Assembly: GCA_035221665.1 (NCBI GenBank)
Contig: CM069142.1
Coordinates: 51,212,001-51,276,000 of the forward strand
DNA: 64,000 nt
Direction of reading: 5' to 3'
Source: Okamejei kenojei
Taxonomy: Eukaryota
Of this stretch, positions 1 to 13,545 are shown piece after piece (within the stretch, counting starts at the first letter, position 1; each line of letters opens with the position of its first letter). Under the pieces are notes generated by a model that worked only from the letters and a program-made list of their open reading frames with translations, was not told where the DNA came from and searched no databases. The translations under genes and the position numbers were made by a program.

Positions 1-948
1 ATCTCCACGTTTGCGGATGACACTAAGCTGGGGGGTAGTGTTAGGTGTGAGGACGATGCTAGGAGGCTGCAAGGTGACTTGGATAGGCTGGGTGAGTGGG
101 CAAATGCATGGCAGATGCAGTATAATGTGGATAAATGTGAAGTTATCTACTTTGGTGGCAAAAACAGGAGGGTAGACTATTATCTGAATAGTGGCAGATT
201 AGGAAAAGGGGAGATGCAACGAGACCTGGGTATCATGGTACACCAGTCATTGAAAGTAGGCATGCAGGTGCAGCAGGCAGTGAAGAAAACGAATGGTATG
301 TTAGCATTCATAGCGAAAGGATTTGAGTATAGGAGCAGGGAGGTTCTACTGCAGTTGTTCTACTGCAGGGTTTTGGTGAGACCACACCTGGAGTATTGCG
401 TACAGTTTTGGTCTCCAAATCTGAGGAAATACATTCTTGCCATAGAGGGGGTACAGAGAAGGTTCATCAGACTTGATTCCTGGGATGTCAGGACTTTCAT
501 ATGAGGAAAGACTGGATAGACTCGGCTTGTACTCGCTAGAATTTAGAAGACTGAGGGGGGATCTTATAGAAATGTACAAAATTCTTAAGGGGTTGGACAG
601 GCTAGATGCAGGAAGATTGTTCCCGATGTTGGGGAGGTCCAGAACAAAGGGTCACAGTCTAAGGATAAGGGGCAATTCCTTTAGGACCGAGATGAGGAAA
701 ACATTTTTCACACATAGAGTGGTGAGTCTCTGGAATTCTCTGCCACAGAAGGTAGTTGAGGCCAGTTCATTGGCTATATTTAAGAGGGAGTTAGATGTGG
801 CCCTTGTGGCTAAAGGGATCAGGGAGAGAAGGCAGGTACAGGATACTGAGTTGGTTGATCAGCCATGATCATATTGAATGGCGGTGCAGGCTCGAAGAGC
901 CAAATGGCCTACTCCTGCACCTATTTTCTATGTTTCTATGTTTCTATG
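1..948 (+). mobile_element. CR1-clade LINE (HER1-like), 3' part of ORF2 plus 3' UTR, truncated by window edge
   Basis: RT motif FADD (tttgcggatgac at 10-21); ORF2 C-terminal RPHLEYCVQFWSP, LGLYSLEFRRLRGDLIE and LWNSLP; ends in a (TTTCTATG)n tail at ~925-948. Confidence 0.93.
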
Positions 949-1742
949 AATAGAAGTTTAAGATGTGGTAATGCTGTATACTTGCATTTAGAACTAACAG
1001 CCAAACCAGATATTTAAGCAGTAAATTTATGACTCTTGTTTGCCAGGAACACATCTTGTGAATTTGGCCATGTATCCCATGTGATGTTATATTAATTATT
1101 ATAAATGGACCAAATGCTATCAGTGGAAGAATGTCCAAATTTCCAATAAGCATCTCTTCTGAGATAACTTAGAATTGAATTTTCCATTAATCTGACATCT
1201 TCACAAAGCTAATGAGTATAGTCAGTTTCAGAAATGGAAAAAATATATACTCCTTGGCAAAGGAAAAGTTCTGAGACTGGGAGTTAGCCACATTGCCAAG
1301 GAAAAGATTAGCATTTCATCTGACCAACACTATAAATAAATTGTCAGGAAGCACTTAATGTTGTCATGATGTGCAAAGTAGAAATGTTCCATTCTGCAGT
1401 CCATCTCTCACCTTCATGAATACCACTGCAGGAGAAAAAAAAGTCATTCTAAATTAAGAAAGGGGTAGTAACACAAATTACCTAATGATAAAATAATTAA
1501 TAGTTATATTGATAATTAAAACATTGGTGTTCTTTTATTTCAGATCTTAGAACAAATACAATTTTCAAATTAAGTTAGCCCATAGTACTGGAACCTAATG
1601 AGTTTATCATAATAAAAATCTTAGGAAACGGTGTGATTTCATGTAATTTGCTGATAAAGGACGTTAAAGTAACTAAAGAAACTTGAGTTAGGGTTTATAA
1701 ATTAGCTTGTTGTTTTTATAATGTATCATCTTATGTGTGCAG

Positions 1743-1835
1743 AGACTACAAACACTGTCTCTAAGCCAGCACTGAAAAGGAGCAAAACAAGAAAAGAAAA
1801 TGACAAACCAGCAATAAAGCCCTTGACAACTAAAG
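1743..1835 (+). CDS. Exon of repetitive mucin/stalk-like gene, 93 nt, phase 1-1, basic: ETTNTVSKPALKRSKTRKENDKPAIKPLTTK
   Basis: tgtgcAG acceptor, AAAG|gtaatg donor, open frame, length divisible by 3, same phase as downstream exons. Confidence 0.65.
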
Positions 1836-3003
1836 GTAATGGCCTGGGTATTGGACTGGGTGAAAAAGGATGTCTGGGTAACAACTGGTCATTTTTTACT
1901 TTTCAAATCATTTCCTAGGCTCTCTCATACAGATTTACAGCGTGAGGCAACCAATCACACAATTGAATGCATATCCTAAAGTCCTCTAGTGAGAATCATC
2001 ATACTCCACTTCCCCCATTGCCACTCCTCCCACCCATCTTCTCAACCTGCCATCTTTCCTTAAGCTCTCCCTCAGTATAAATTCACTAAACTATTTGCAA
2101 TCACCCCCTTTGTCAGTCTATCACATGGTTCGCCATTCTTTTTATTACAATAATTTATGTGAGCCAGTGAGATTGTTTTAATTCACCCATATCCTCCATG
2201 ACTACCCTGACTTACTTTCTTTCAGTATCGTGAAGAAAAACTCCTCCATTTTTTCACTTGCAGTTTCAAAATTTAAACTGTGGAATATCTAACATTCATA
2301 TGGAACTAGTCTACTAAACCAAAACTAGTCTCCACCTTGAATAGCCGAGACCCCATTAAAATAATTTACCTTGGCTACTTTTCATTATAGCCTCATCTCC
2401 ACTTTCTGGAGTCCAGATTGTAGATTTGTGTGAATATTGCTCCCAATTGGTTTATCCAGTCGCTGCTAGATCTACTAGAATTCGATAAGAGAGACTGCGA
2501 GACGGCACAAAGCCCTACACTCATTTGCAAAACAGAATCACCATGGACTGCAAATATGAATTCCATGTTCACGTGGATGCTGATCTCTAACTGTATCTCA
2601 CTACCAACTCTTTTGACTCCTCTACTATCTCATAGTTGTAATATTACCTGCCTGATATTTCCTCCTTTATTTTCCCATGACTAAACATTGGAAAGACCAA
2701 AGCCACTGCCTTTAATCTCAGTCACAATGTTTGTACATAATCCTGTGACTCCATCCTTTTCCTTGGCACTGATCTGCAACTGATCCTTGCTGTTCATAAC
2801 TATGTCTCATGTTTGACCATACCCTTCAGCCCATTTTTCGTGGTCAGTATTTCCCCGCAGCCTAGCCGCAAAACTCTCATCCATGCCATATCACCTCTTG
2901 AGCTGGCTATGGCTTGCTTCTTCTCTGAACTCAGCTGCCCATGTCCTAACCTGCACCAAAAAAAACCTTCACCTATCAGCAGTGCTCTAATGTCCTTTAG
3001 TGT

Positions 3004-3210
3004 ATAGAAACATAGAAAATAGGTGCAGGAGTAGGCCATTTGGCCCTTCGAACCTGCACCGCCATTCAATATGATCATGGCTGATCATCCAACTTAGTAT
3101 CCTGTACCTGCCTTCTCTCCATACCCCCTGATCCTTTTAGCCACAAGGGCCACATCTAACTCCCTCTTAAATATAACCAATGAACTGGCCTCAACTACCT
3201 TCTGTGGCAG
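3004..3210 (-). mobile_element. CR1 LINE 3' end fragment
   Basis: Reverse complement of the 3' end of the 1-948 element (atagaaacatagaaaataggtgcaggagtaggcc...). Confidence 0.9.
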
Positions 3211-3265
3211 TATCATTGGGCTCAATGCCCAATTTTGTGGGATAACTTTCTTGCAACATGCCTTG

Positions 3266-3581
3266 GTTTAGTTTAGAGATACAGCGCAGAAACAGGCCCT
3301 TCAGCCCACTGAATCCGCACCGACCAGTGATCCCCGCATATTAACACTATCCTACACACACTAGGGACAATATTTTACATTTTATACCAAGCCAATTAAC
3401 CTGCAAACCTGTACGTCTTTGGAGTGTGTGAGGACACCGAAGATCTTGGAGAAAACTCTCGCAGGTTACGGGGAGAATGTACAAACTCCATATAGGCAGC
3501 ACCCATAGTCAGGACCGAACCCTGGACCTGGGGCTCTGACGCTGTCAGGCAGAAACACTACCACCGCGCCATCGTGCCGCC
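3266..3581 (-). mobile_element. tRNA-derived SINE (HE1/V-SINE-like)
   Basis: Minus strand starts GGCGGCACGATGGCGCGGTGGTAG (A-box like), has a GGTTCGGTCC B-box and ends CTGTATCTCTAAACTAAAC. Confidence 0.85.
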
Positions 3582-4096
3582 TATGTAACTTGATTAACGT
3601 AACTTGATTACGATAAAGCATTATATAAGCACATTGTTATTGAAGTGCAAAATAAATAGGTATATGCAGAGACAAATGAAACTTAAGTTCTCACAAATGG
3701 AAATTGTGCCTACAAAAACTGATGTTACCTAGCCAACAGATTGCATTTGGAACGTAATTTCCCTTATACAGTTCTTGGGATGGTCTTGTCCACATTGGAA
3801 TAACATTTGTTTTTGAGATTAAGGTATAATGCCCTTATAAATCTTTTGCATTACGCTCCGGAACTTCAGTGATGCTGTTCCAAACTTTTATTGTAACATA
3901 GCCTGAGGGCCAAAGGAAACGAAGATGCCAAGTTTCTGCCATTGTTTTGGCATGGAGAGAGGATGGTTTAGTTTGTCAGTCTGAATAATGAGAGGACATA
4001 AGGGCAAGCTCCCACAGGCTTTTAAAGTCAGTTTTTTTTTAATGGGAATTAATGAATAGCTGTCTTTACAGTCACATGTTCAATTTTGAATTACAG

Positions 4097-4165
4097 AATC
4101 CAAGCTGTCATCCTCAGCCACTCCATCCTTCCCATCAAAACCTATGCTTAATTCTGACAGAACAG
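4097..4165 (+). CDS. Repeat-gene exon, 69 nt: ESKLSSSATPSFPSKPMLNSDRT
   Basis: ttacAG acceptor, ACAG|gtaagc donor, phase 1-1, open. Confidence 0.85.
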
Positions 4166-5386
4166 GTAAGCCATCAATATTTTTCAGATACCTAATGTGT
4201 ATATATATAAAGCTATTCTACAAATATTATTGATTAAATAGTATGTTCTTCTATTGTTTATATGTACATATACAGACAGAAGTAAAACAAACATCTCTGA
4301 ATATTTGTAATAATTCCAAATCATTTATATAGACATTTTAATTTGAAGTAACTTGTCGACTATGTCTTCAGACTATGAACTCGTGATTAAAGAAACTTCC
4401 ACTACATGTACAAAAGCACTAATAAAGATGCTTTGAAGCGCATAGCACTGAAATGAAGGTGTTATCTGCTTTTCCTCATTTACATTGTTCCAATAGTTCT
4501 CATGAGACATGATCCAATTTATTTGAACTTATTAATATGTGCAATGCAGTGCCTTTGAGGTCTTTAACCTTTGGCTGTGTAGCATGTCTTTCATGAATAT
4601 AACTGCAATCCTGTTTGGATCTTGCAGAAAGAAATTAATCTCTGTGAAGTTATTCATTTGTCAGAGCACGAGGCTTAATTGCATTAATTGAGTGCCTTGT
4701 TCTCATTGTCTGTGAATGTTTGAAGAAAAAAAAAATTTTGCTCCATTGTTTTAGCATGGTAATTTGATACTTGCATGAAGTGAAAAATTGCAGACAACAC
4801 CCTGTACTGTCTGGCAAAATAATCTGTTTCTTAATAGTTGTGAAGTTGTAACTGTTCTACATCCTTGTACTTAGACTGACATCACAAATGGCTAACAAAA
4901 GAAAATATTTCTCTGTGTTCCTTCTACAATCTTACTTTTCAGTGTGCTTCGTAGTGCATTTTGGAAACCATATTTTATATTTGGCTTTGTAGTGATATTT
5001 GCTTGAGGCTCACTTTTTTGTTGTCGCACGTTTTCATGTTTTACCATAATGCCAACAAACTTTTAACATTAATATAGTTTTGTTGTGCCGGTTGCATTAT
5101 ATCAAAGGGATATGGAATGGCACCTCGCAGAGATATATACGTCATCATGTATTGCTGCATGGCATGGTATAGTAACGTCGTGTTTATGCAATGCCATGTA
5201 ACAGAACTCATCATTGTATTTTGCGATTGGATTTCTTTAATAACTAAAGGTTTTGTTCTCATTGTTATGGCCGACCAAGGTGATTGTGCATGCATTATGC
5301 TCAAACTTTGTTTCATTGGAAAGTATTGACATTACAAGGAGTTGTTATCTTCAATAACTTTACGTTTTTTTCTGCAAAAATTACAG

Positions 5387-5455
5387 AAATTCAGTTACCA
5401 GTTTTCCTCACTCCAAGCACAGCTTCTGAACATGATACCATGGATGAATTCACAG
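5387..5455 (+). CDS. Repeat-gene exon, 69 nt: EIQLPVFLTPSTASEHDTMDEFT
   Basis: ttacAG acceptor, TTCACAG|gtagtc donor, phase 1-1, homologous to neighbouring exons. Confidence 0.85.
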
Positions 5456-6343
5456 GTAGTCCTGTTCATCGGAATAACAAGGAGTGTATTATCCGATTAG
5501 ATCATTCACATTATAAATTGTGAATTATGTCAGGAAATTAATTTTATTAGTGTAAACAGTCTTGATTTTTCTAGGCATTAAGATCTAATCTACCAAACTT
5601 GGAAATGTAAAATTCTTCGTTTATTATGTATTTCAACGTGAACCAAGTCAGGTTGCATTACCCAAATTACATTTTTTTCTTCAGGAAGCTATATCCAATA
5701 ACTGAAACTATATGCAATATTTTTCAATCTGTGTGAGGCTGTATTTTGTTCATGTTTTATTTTTTGTTTTCCACATTTTTGTGGACCATTGCTATAGCCT
5801 TTAGCTGAGAGGATGGATGGGTCATTTGTAACAGTGATTACTAAAAGGATTTTGTGGATTAACTGCAGAGATGAGCAAATTAATTATCACCAGTATTCAT
5901 TCACTGCGTGGACAGATTACTGGACTACATTAATTATTTCCAAAGGAACCTAACTAGAATGAGAAAGTCTGTAATGTGCAGCAATGTTTGAATCTGCATC
6001 CTACTATCTCATGAGCTTGCAAGTTGGTGGTTTAAAATATTTGCATCTTTAAATCCTCAATCCTGCATGTGATGTTCTATCAATTACATGGTGTGCTACA
6101 ACTTCCAGTAATGTTTCAACATATTTTGGTTACGCATATGGTTTGCTGGAAGCTGAATAGACAACATCAGAATGTTGTAAGTTTTGCCAGAAAACTATTC
6201 ATAGCTCATGGTGTCAATGTGTTGCTCGAGATGCCAATTAGGGTCACTGGAAGTAAAATCTATTCTTTATCCCATTTTGATAACATTTGTTCGTAACTTG
6301 ATCAGGAAAATATTTCAACTTAATTTTCTAAAATGCATTGCAG

Positions 6344-6433
6344 AACCTGAGACGCCATCTTCTACTAAAATGCCATTCAATATATTAAGAACAACTTCAG
6401 ACCATACTGATGTGGGCAATCAGGATCTTCCAG
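6344..6433 (+). CDS. Repeat-gene exon, 90 nt: EPETPSSTKMPFNILRTTSDHTDVGNQDLP
   Basis: ttgcAG acceptor, CCAG|gtagtt donor, phase 1-1, open. Confidence 0.85.
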
Positions 6434-7449
6434 GTAGTTTCTATGTGCAGGGGTTCTTAATGCATGAAAGGAAATGAACATAATGTAACATATACAGCTT
6501 ATTAGTATGAGAATTTCTAAAGATTCATATGTTTCATGTCAATGGTCATGATAAGAATAGTTTGAAATATAAAACTTGATGTATCTACCATAATGTATAA
6601 CGGTAATTAGGGATGGTTTTCAAAGCCAATTAATCAGTAACAAATAATTGTTTGTATGATTTAATATTTGTGAAAAAATAACTCAGAATGAAATATGCAT
6701 CAAATTGATATAATTAGTTCCAGTAGACTGTTGCTAAAATACATAAATGTCAATTTAAATGCAACACATAAACCAAAGGATGCCCAAAGCTTCCATGACG
6801 CAATGACTATTCAGGACTCAAAACTGTTGGTCAGCACTCCCTCCTGAAACAGGACCACTGCAGGTTACTTGAGAGCTTGCAGTGAAATTGAGTGTGGATT
6901 TGGAGGTTAGGAGAGGATAATGGTAATTAAAGCCTTGATTAGGGCCTCTCAGGAATAGGTTCAGCTACGAGAGGATCAGTTCTGGGTGTGGGAAGATGCA
7001 CTATCAATTAGTGATCCCCCTGCTGGATGGGATAATGTATTAGCCATTGAAAGTTGGCATCTGGGCGTCGATGGCTTTGTCTGTTGATGGATCAGGACAT
7101 GGGCTTAGATTATTGGAAGATGGGAGCCTCAGGTACAATGGGTATGGCGTCATCTTTTGGGTATTCAGTGAGTTGGCAGTCAAGGAGTGGAAAATAGCGA
7201 CATAGGTTAATTGGGTAATTGGCTCCCTGGCTGACAAGGAATGTTGATAGGTGGTGGGTAAAGGACCATTCTTTGGTGGTGTTCCTGTACAGAGCCGAAC
7301 TGTGGTGGGAGCGAGAGCGACCAAAAACTCGCTCCAGGAAAAATGTGGTATATGTTCTCACATTGTTCTATAGCAGTTGCCTTGATGTCTCACAGTGACA
7401 ACTGCAAAGTTTCTGTAATGATGTGAAAGGAATCAGAAATAGAAATGTT

Positions 7450-7778
7450 TAAGAAGGAACTGCAGATGCTGGAAAATCAAAGATAGACAAAAATTCTGGA
7501 GAAACTCAGCGGGTGAGGCAGCATCAATGGAGCAAAGGAAACCAGAAATAGAAATGGTCACTTTTTCCAGCTTAACACAAAATTGGAGTAACTCATTGGG
7601 TCAGGCAGCATCTATGGAGGGAATGAATAAGCAACATTGTTCAGACTGAGACTGAAAAAGGGCCCTGACCCAAAACATTGCCAATCCATACCCTCCACAA
7701 AAGCTGCCTGAACACCGAGTTACTCCAGCATTTGTGTTTTGCCCAAGATTCCGGCATCTGCAGTTCCTTGTGTCTCTA
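7450..7778. mobile_element. Fragments of a Penelope-associated elasmobranch repeat
   Basis: Motif gaactgcagatgctgg...aactcagcgggtgaggcagcatc recurs at ~23840, 27240, 32610, 38470 and 57870; the last copy is contiguous with a GIY-YIG remnant. Confidence 0.55.
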
Positions 7779-8104
7779 ATGTCACTTTTTGCTTAGAATC
7801 ATGCCCATATATACACAAATTGTACTGTAATTGTAATTTTTTAATTCCCTGAATTGATGCTTTCTTCATACCACAGATTCTGTTCCTAAACACAGCCATT
7901 AGCTCTTGTGTAGCTCTTTCATCGCAGAGCTTATTTGTATAACACCCATATCAAATATTAGATTATATGATACTATTAAAACATCAAGGAAGCTGGTGTT
8001 GTAATTTTGTGGATGAAATAATAAATTGACATTTTGTTTGCCCTGTCCATTGGATGTAAAAGATCCAGTAGGAACAGATTTAATGAAGAATAGGGTTAAT
8101 TCTC

Positions 8105-8460
8105 CTCATGGCCTTGATAATAATTATCTGAACTGCTATTATTGGGAAAAATTCTGGTTATTATCATATTCCCCCCTCCTCCTAATTTCCCCAAGTATAG
8201 GCCCAGAGTCATCAAATGCTCCCCATATGTTAACTCAATCAACCCCAGGATCATTCTAATAAACAACCTCTGAAGCCTCTCCAACACCAGCATATTCTTC
8301 CTCAGATATGGGACCCAAAACTGTTCACAATATCCCAAATGTGGTCTGCTTTAAAAAGCTTTAGCATTATATCCTTACTTTAATATTCTAGTCCTCTCAA
8401 AATGAATGCTAACATTGCATTTGCCTTCCTTACTATTGACTCAACCTGCAAATTAATCTC
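8105..8460 (-). mobile_element. Degenerate CR1 LINE fragment
   Basis: Minus-strand translation YCEQFWVPYLRKNMLVLERLQRLFIRMILG is homologous to CR1 ORF2. Confidence 0.8.
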
Positions 8461-8618
8461 CTCTCATTAATAAAATCGCAAAGGGCCGGCTTGAGTATTG
8501 TAAGAGCAGTAATTATTATTGTTTTCCAGAATAAGGCATTTGATGGAATAGTTTTAACCAATCATCATTGGGATATTATTATTCTTTACCTAGTTTGAAA
8601 TGTATCTCGTAACAATTT

Positions 8619-8678
8619 TTGAAATATCAAGTAATTTGATACACATCATTGAAATATCAAGTAATTTGATACACATCA
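8619..8678. repeat. 30-bp perfect tandem duplication
   Basis: ttgaaatatcaagtaatttgatacacatca x2. Confidence 0.85.
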
Positions 8679-9045
8679 TATGTTGACAATTCAATCCAGG
8701 AGCTGTCAGCTAATGAAATGATGTTCAAGCATACACTTGCTTTTCGCAGAGGCCAATGTCAGCACTTTTTAAAAATATTAAGTAAGCCACTATTTAGCAT
8801 TTATATGTGTAGAATGCTGAAAGAAGAATACGGTGAAATGCATTGATGTATTTTTGAATTACTACACATTCTCAAAATAATTGATTTAAAAACTAACCAC
8901 TTTTTTAGTAGATGTTAGTTTTCCCATCATAAATGTCATTATTTGAGTCAACTTTATTTTTATTCTGATGTTGGATATGATTTATTTTTGCAGTGATACT
9001 TTATTTAAATATTCAAAATATTTGTTCTTTTCACATATCATCCAG

Positions 9046-9135
9046 AAATTGAGTTGCCATCCTCCAGCAATTCATTTTTAAACCCTCCAGACACTCCATC
9101 TGCATTAGATTCCATGGAAACGAAGCAGTTCACAG
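9046..9135 (+). CDS. Repeat-gene exon, 90 nt: EIELPSSSNSFLNPPDTPSALDSMETKQFT
   Basis: tccAG acceptor, TTCACAG|gtagtt donor, phase 1-1. Missed by the ORF track. Confidence 0.88.
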
Positions 9136-10328
9136 GTAGTTACAATAAGAGCTAACATGGATGTGAGATTTTTCTTGGACAGCTGCAGCAAGTTGCATGT
9201 AATTGTTTATGAAACTTTGCGTGTCCATTCTAATGCTTTCTTAGCTTTAATAGTTTACAAGTTCATGACTTCATGGTCTTGAGTGTGTTGACACCTGATA
9301 CATTGCATGACCAGTGCAAAAATACTCCAATTGTGTTTAAAAGTAATCTAATGGAATGTTTGGAATTGATAAATAACAGTTTGGTTGTCTAACGTTTAAT
9401 CAGTTCACCTGCATGATGTGCAGTACATGGTCAATAAAACCTGGCATGGAAATGAGAAATACAGACGCAACAAATTTGTTGGAATATTTTAAGAAATGTA
9501 TTGGACAATAGGAGAACTATACTGCTTGATCAATTTCAGAGATATAAATTTGTGCCTCTAGTTTGCTTTTTAACTCTTTCCATACCAAGAGATTATTTCA
9601 CCATTTGGTGGACAGGTAATATGTATCTAGGTCTGAACCAGAGGTGTTTGATGCATCTCCAAACGGTACAAAAACGACCCCCTATTAAGCCACTCTTCCC
9701 ATTCAGAAAATTAGCTTGCTTCCATTTCCACTGTGAATTTAAATCATTGAAAAGGATAAGATAATGTGTCTACATCTGAACATAAAAAATTAGAAAAGAG
9801 CTGCCAGACCATCAGCATGGCCAAAACCTGTGATGGCTGGAATCTTGGATTTGTGGCATCCTCTTTCACTTCCACTGCTTTACATCTTCGACAATACAAA
9901 TAGAGAAAAAATGGCCAATAGAAGAAAAATTACTCTGCTTTCTGCCAGAGAGCAATATTCCAGTTTCACAGATCATGACATTAAAGGGCTCTTCTACAGA
10001 ATGCAATTCTGCTTTTTCACAGAGCTGAAATGAGTCAGTGGCTACTACATTAATGAGCATTAGTTTCCAGAAACTAGGAAAAGAAGAATTGCATAACATC
10101 CAGTCTATCCCTGTTTGCGCAGAGTTTAAGTCCACGTCCCTTAGTGTTTGTTAAATTGCAGCATTCTAACAATAGGTATGCTAAGTAATTTAATCGACTT
10201 GTTAGGTCATCTCATTCAGTTAATGATATAAAAAAGTAAATAATTAATGGTATAGTTCTTTAGGTTTTGCTGTTTTGGCTTCCTTTCATTGCCACCTTCT
10301 CAGACATCGCAACGAGGGAACAGAATTA

Positions 10329-11086
10329 AGGGGCTGTCCCACTGCGGTGACCTAATCTGCGAGTTTAGAAGAGTTTGCCCTCGACTCATACTCACAGCAT
10401 GGTCGACACATGCTGTGTCGAGGAGGTCCTATAAGGTCACTGGAACTCTCCTTCATGCTCGAGGGAAGTTCCCGCATACTTGCGGCCTCAGCTAGGTCGC
10501 GGAAAAATTTTCAAATGTTGAAAACATTTCCGCAAGTAAAAATTGGTCGGCATGGTTCTTTTTAACACGTAGTGCAGTGGAGTGGGATCGCTGTGTAGTT
10601 ACAGGCAGTCGAGAGCAGCTGTAGGCAGTCTCCTTCGCTGACCGGGCATTTTAATTGACTCATTGGAGTTTTCAGGACCAAGGAAAACCGACTGTTAGGT
10701 TAAATGCCCGCTAAACTTTATTAAACGTTGTCTGACTTTTTAAAAGTGTCTCCACCCTTCTCCTCCACCTTCTCCTCCCCCTTCTCCTCCCTCTTCTCCT
10801 CCACTTTCACCTCCCCCTCTCTCAAGGACTTACTGTACACTGTGCAGCCATCTTTTACCTTCCTCTTCATCACGGGTGTGAATTCCAGACAGCGCTCCCC
10901 CGCTTTCCCTGATCCCCGCCTTTGCGATGTGTTTGTTTGTGTGTGTGTGGTCAGTCGATCCAGCTCACGGTTTCATCGCTGACGGTCGATCCAGCTCGAG
11001 GTTTTTCAGGCGAGTGCCATCGAGCTTGAAGGTTGAAGACACTTTTCTGAACTCATGGATTAGGTCGCCGCAGTGATACAGCCCCT
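10329..11086. mobile_element. Non-autonomous PIF/Harbinger-like DNA transposon
   Basis: Left TIR AGGGGCTGTCCCACTGCGGTGACCTAATC matches the reverse complement of the right end (AGGGGCTGTATCACTGCGGCGACCTAATC); flanked by TTA/TTA (3-bp TWA TSD); GC/CpG-rich relative to flanks. Confidence 0.8.
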
Positions 11087-11852
11087 TTAGGCACTACATT
11101 TCAAAGGCTGGTTGACTATTGACCTCTGTATCTCCTCTGATTATGTTGAACAGTTCAATTGGGTGAACACAACACTCAGTCTGATTTAACTACAACAAAT
11201 CTCCATGGTTATAATTCTTTAACTGAAACTGATGAAGTTTCCATGTAAAACAAGATACCCTACATACCCTACTGTGGAATTGTGTTGGATGTTAGCAAAA
11301 GTGAAATAAATATTCTGCAAAATATAGTTTGGATCGCAAATGTAAACAAGAAAAACATGAATTATCAGCCATCATCATCTTTATTTACATTTGGTTTATG
11401 GTATACCACCAAAACATTCAATTTTGAGCAATATAGATATTTATATATTCCATGTATTAATATATGAATATATATACTTGTATGCCATATATTAATACCG
11501 ATATTATTTGCTGATACTATGTAGTGACTCCGTATCTGGAACAAGACTTCTTGACTTTCTAAATGCATTCTATTTAACCGGGAGAAGTCATTTCCGAAAA
11601 GCGTTCCTACTTCTTTTGTAAAAATAATTATTATTTTACTCCACTTCAATTAATTTTCACTTGAATTCTCATTTCACATACCATGTTATGTAACCACAGA
11701 GAAAATTATTACCTTTCTGATTTCACACCCATTAATCTGCACCAGCCCACTGCATTGCCAAGCTGCTTCTTCCATTTGATTTCTACCATAGTTGTCATAC
11801 GTCAGTTAATGTGGATGATCACAGTGTTTGTTTTCTCTGAAATAAATTACAG

Positions 11853-11933
11853 AACCTGAGATGCCACCTACAAGCAGTAAACTTTTCGATCCAACATCTG
11901 AACCTGATGAGATGGATACACAAACATTCACAG
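11853..11933 (+). CDS. Repeat-gene exon, 81 nt: EPEMPPTSSKLFDPTSEPDEMDTQTFT
   Basis: ttacAG acceptor, TTCACAG|gtagtt donor, phase 1-1. Confidence 0.88.
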
Positions 11934-12554
11934 GTAGTTCAGTGATGCATAAAAAATCAGGATGTCTTTTACAATATAATGCATGCATTATATTTCACCT
12001 TTCAACTGCATCATTTTTGTCATCTACATCTGCATTTGTAAACATTATAGTTTTCAATGAGAGCATGTTGTTTTTTTCAGTTAGTCAGATATGGGGCTGT
12101 TTGCATGAGAGGTATTTGTATTTTTCTCAAAAAATATATATTGGTCCACAAACTGGACTGAAATGTACTGATTTATTGCTACATTTCATGATGTTTTTTC
12201 CACATTTAATTCATTCAAAAAACGATAAATTGCACAAACCATATTTTCAACCTTTTTTTAACAATCTGTATTAATCCTCCTTTTCTATCCTCCTCCCAAT
12301 TCTCACCAGCATTCCTTTTGAAAATTGTAGATACATTCATATCCATTTTCATGCAAGTTCTTTTGAACAGGTCTTTTGAAGACACAGAAGGAAACTTGGC
12401 TGATTTTCATTTTCTCATTTTACTCCACTCATATGTTTAACTCAGAATTGCACTGCTTGAAAAAATTGTGGACTATGCTTTTGTTGCTTGTATATTGACG
12501 CGCTAGTGTGTTGTATTCAAAGCTGTTTATCATCTTGCCCATCACAAATAGTAG

Positions 12555-12608
12555 AACCTGAGGTGAAGTTCAATGCATTCAGAGTTCTGTTGCAGATGTC
12601 CTTTTCAA
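12555..12608 (+). CDS. Possible weak exon, 54 nt: EPEVKFNAFRVLLQMSFS
   Basis: Starts EPE like its neighbours and has a phase-1 donor TCAA|gtaagg, but the pyrimidine tract is poor and the composition atypical. Confidence 0.25.
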
Positions 12609-13119
12609 GTAAGGATGTGTAAATTTAATTTCTATCTTATGATAATTTCAAACATTTGGAGCTTTTGAACAAGGACTCAACACATTTTGTTGTTAAAGCT
12701 CAGTAACGTGGTCTAAATGCGACTTCTTCAGCGTCTAGTTTGTAGTCCTTTAATGATAAAAAATAGTTAATTTCTCATAATCTACTTGCTGCTGCATGAA
12801 ATAGATTGTGAGAAAGCTGCACAGGAGGAAATAAGTTAGTAAGGTAAGTAAATTCAATTAAGTAATGTATTATTTTACTAGTGTAAGCTTTGCTTTTATG
12901 CTTTAGGAGGATATCAATGATATTCTTGAAATACGCATTGGAGTAAGCAAAGTACTTCTTCTTTCGCTTTCTTCAAAACATTGTTTGCAAGCTAATTTAC
13001 AATCCTTTGTTCTGGCATTTGGGCTTTTGAAGAAAATAGTAGAACACAAGATAAATCCAGAAAATGCCAAGACATATTTAGTAGGTATGGAGAGTAAAAT
13101 AAAATAAATATTCTGTGCA

Positions 13120-13545
13120 AATGAGCGTGAGGAACAGCATTTACATTTATCTTCTTCTGTGAAGGTCTATTGCTGTCTTCCAGACTCAAAACTGAGTTCG
13201 ACAATTTCAAATAATCACTCTTCCTGCATATTTACTCTGATTTCCAACATTCTCACTGATTTCATATTAATTCCACATCATTATTCTACATTTCTACCTC
13301 CTTCAAGCTATTACTACCATTTTATCACCCCTTTTGTCATACAATTTCTCCTGCCTTTCATCCTATCACTGTCTTGCTTTTTGTTCCTTCCTCCCCTTGT
13401 CTCTGCATTTCTTCTTTAACTGTAGCCCTAGTCCTACGAAGGATTTTTTTACCTCAACCATTGACTGACTGTTTCTACATAAATGCTGCCTGATATGTAA
13501 TTTCCAGCATTCTACTGCTTTTATTTCAGCCATGTCCTCACTTTT
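13120..13545 (+). mobile_element. Old Penelope-like 3' remnant
   Basis: gaggaacagcat (EEQH) motif followed by a pyrimidine-rich UTR and tgctgcctga...ttccagcatt, mirroring the element at 57.9-58.5 kb. Confidence 0.4.

Noticed and set aside
4372-4458. Candidate exon DYELVIKETSTT...
   Set aside because: The start resembles the family, but there is an in-frame TGA and a poor donor (gtgtta). At most a decayed remnant.
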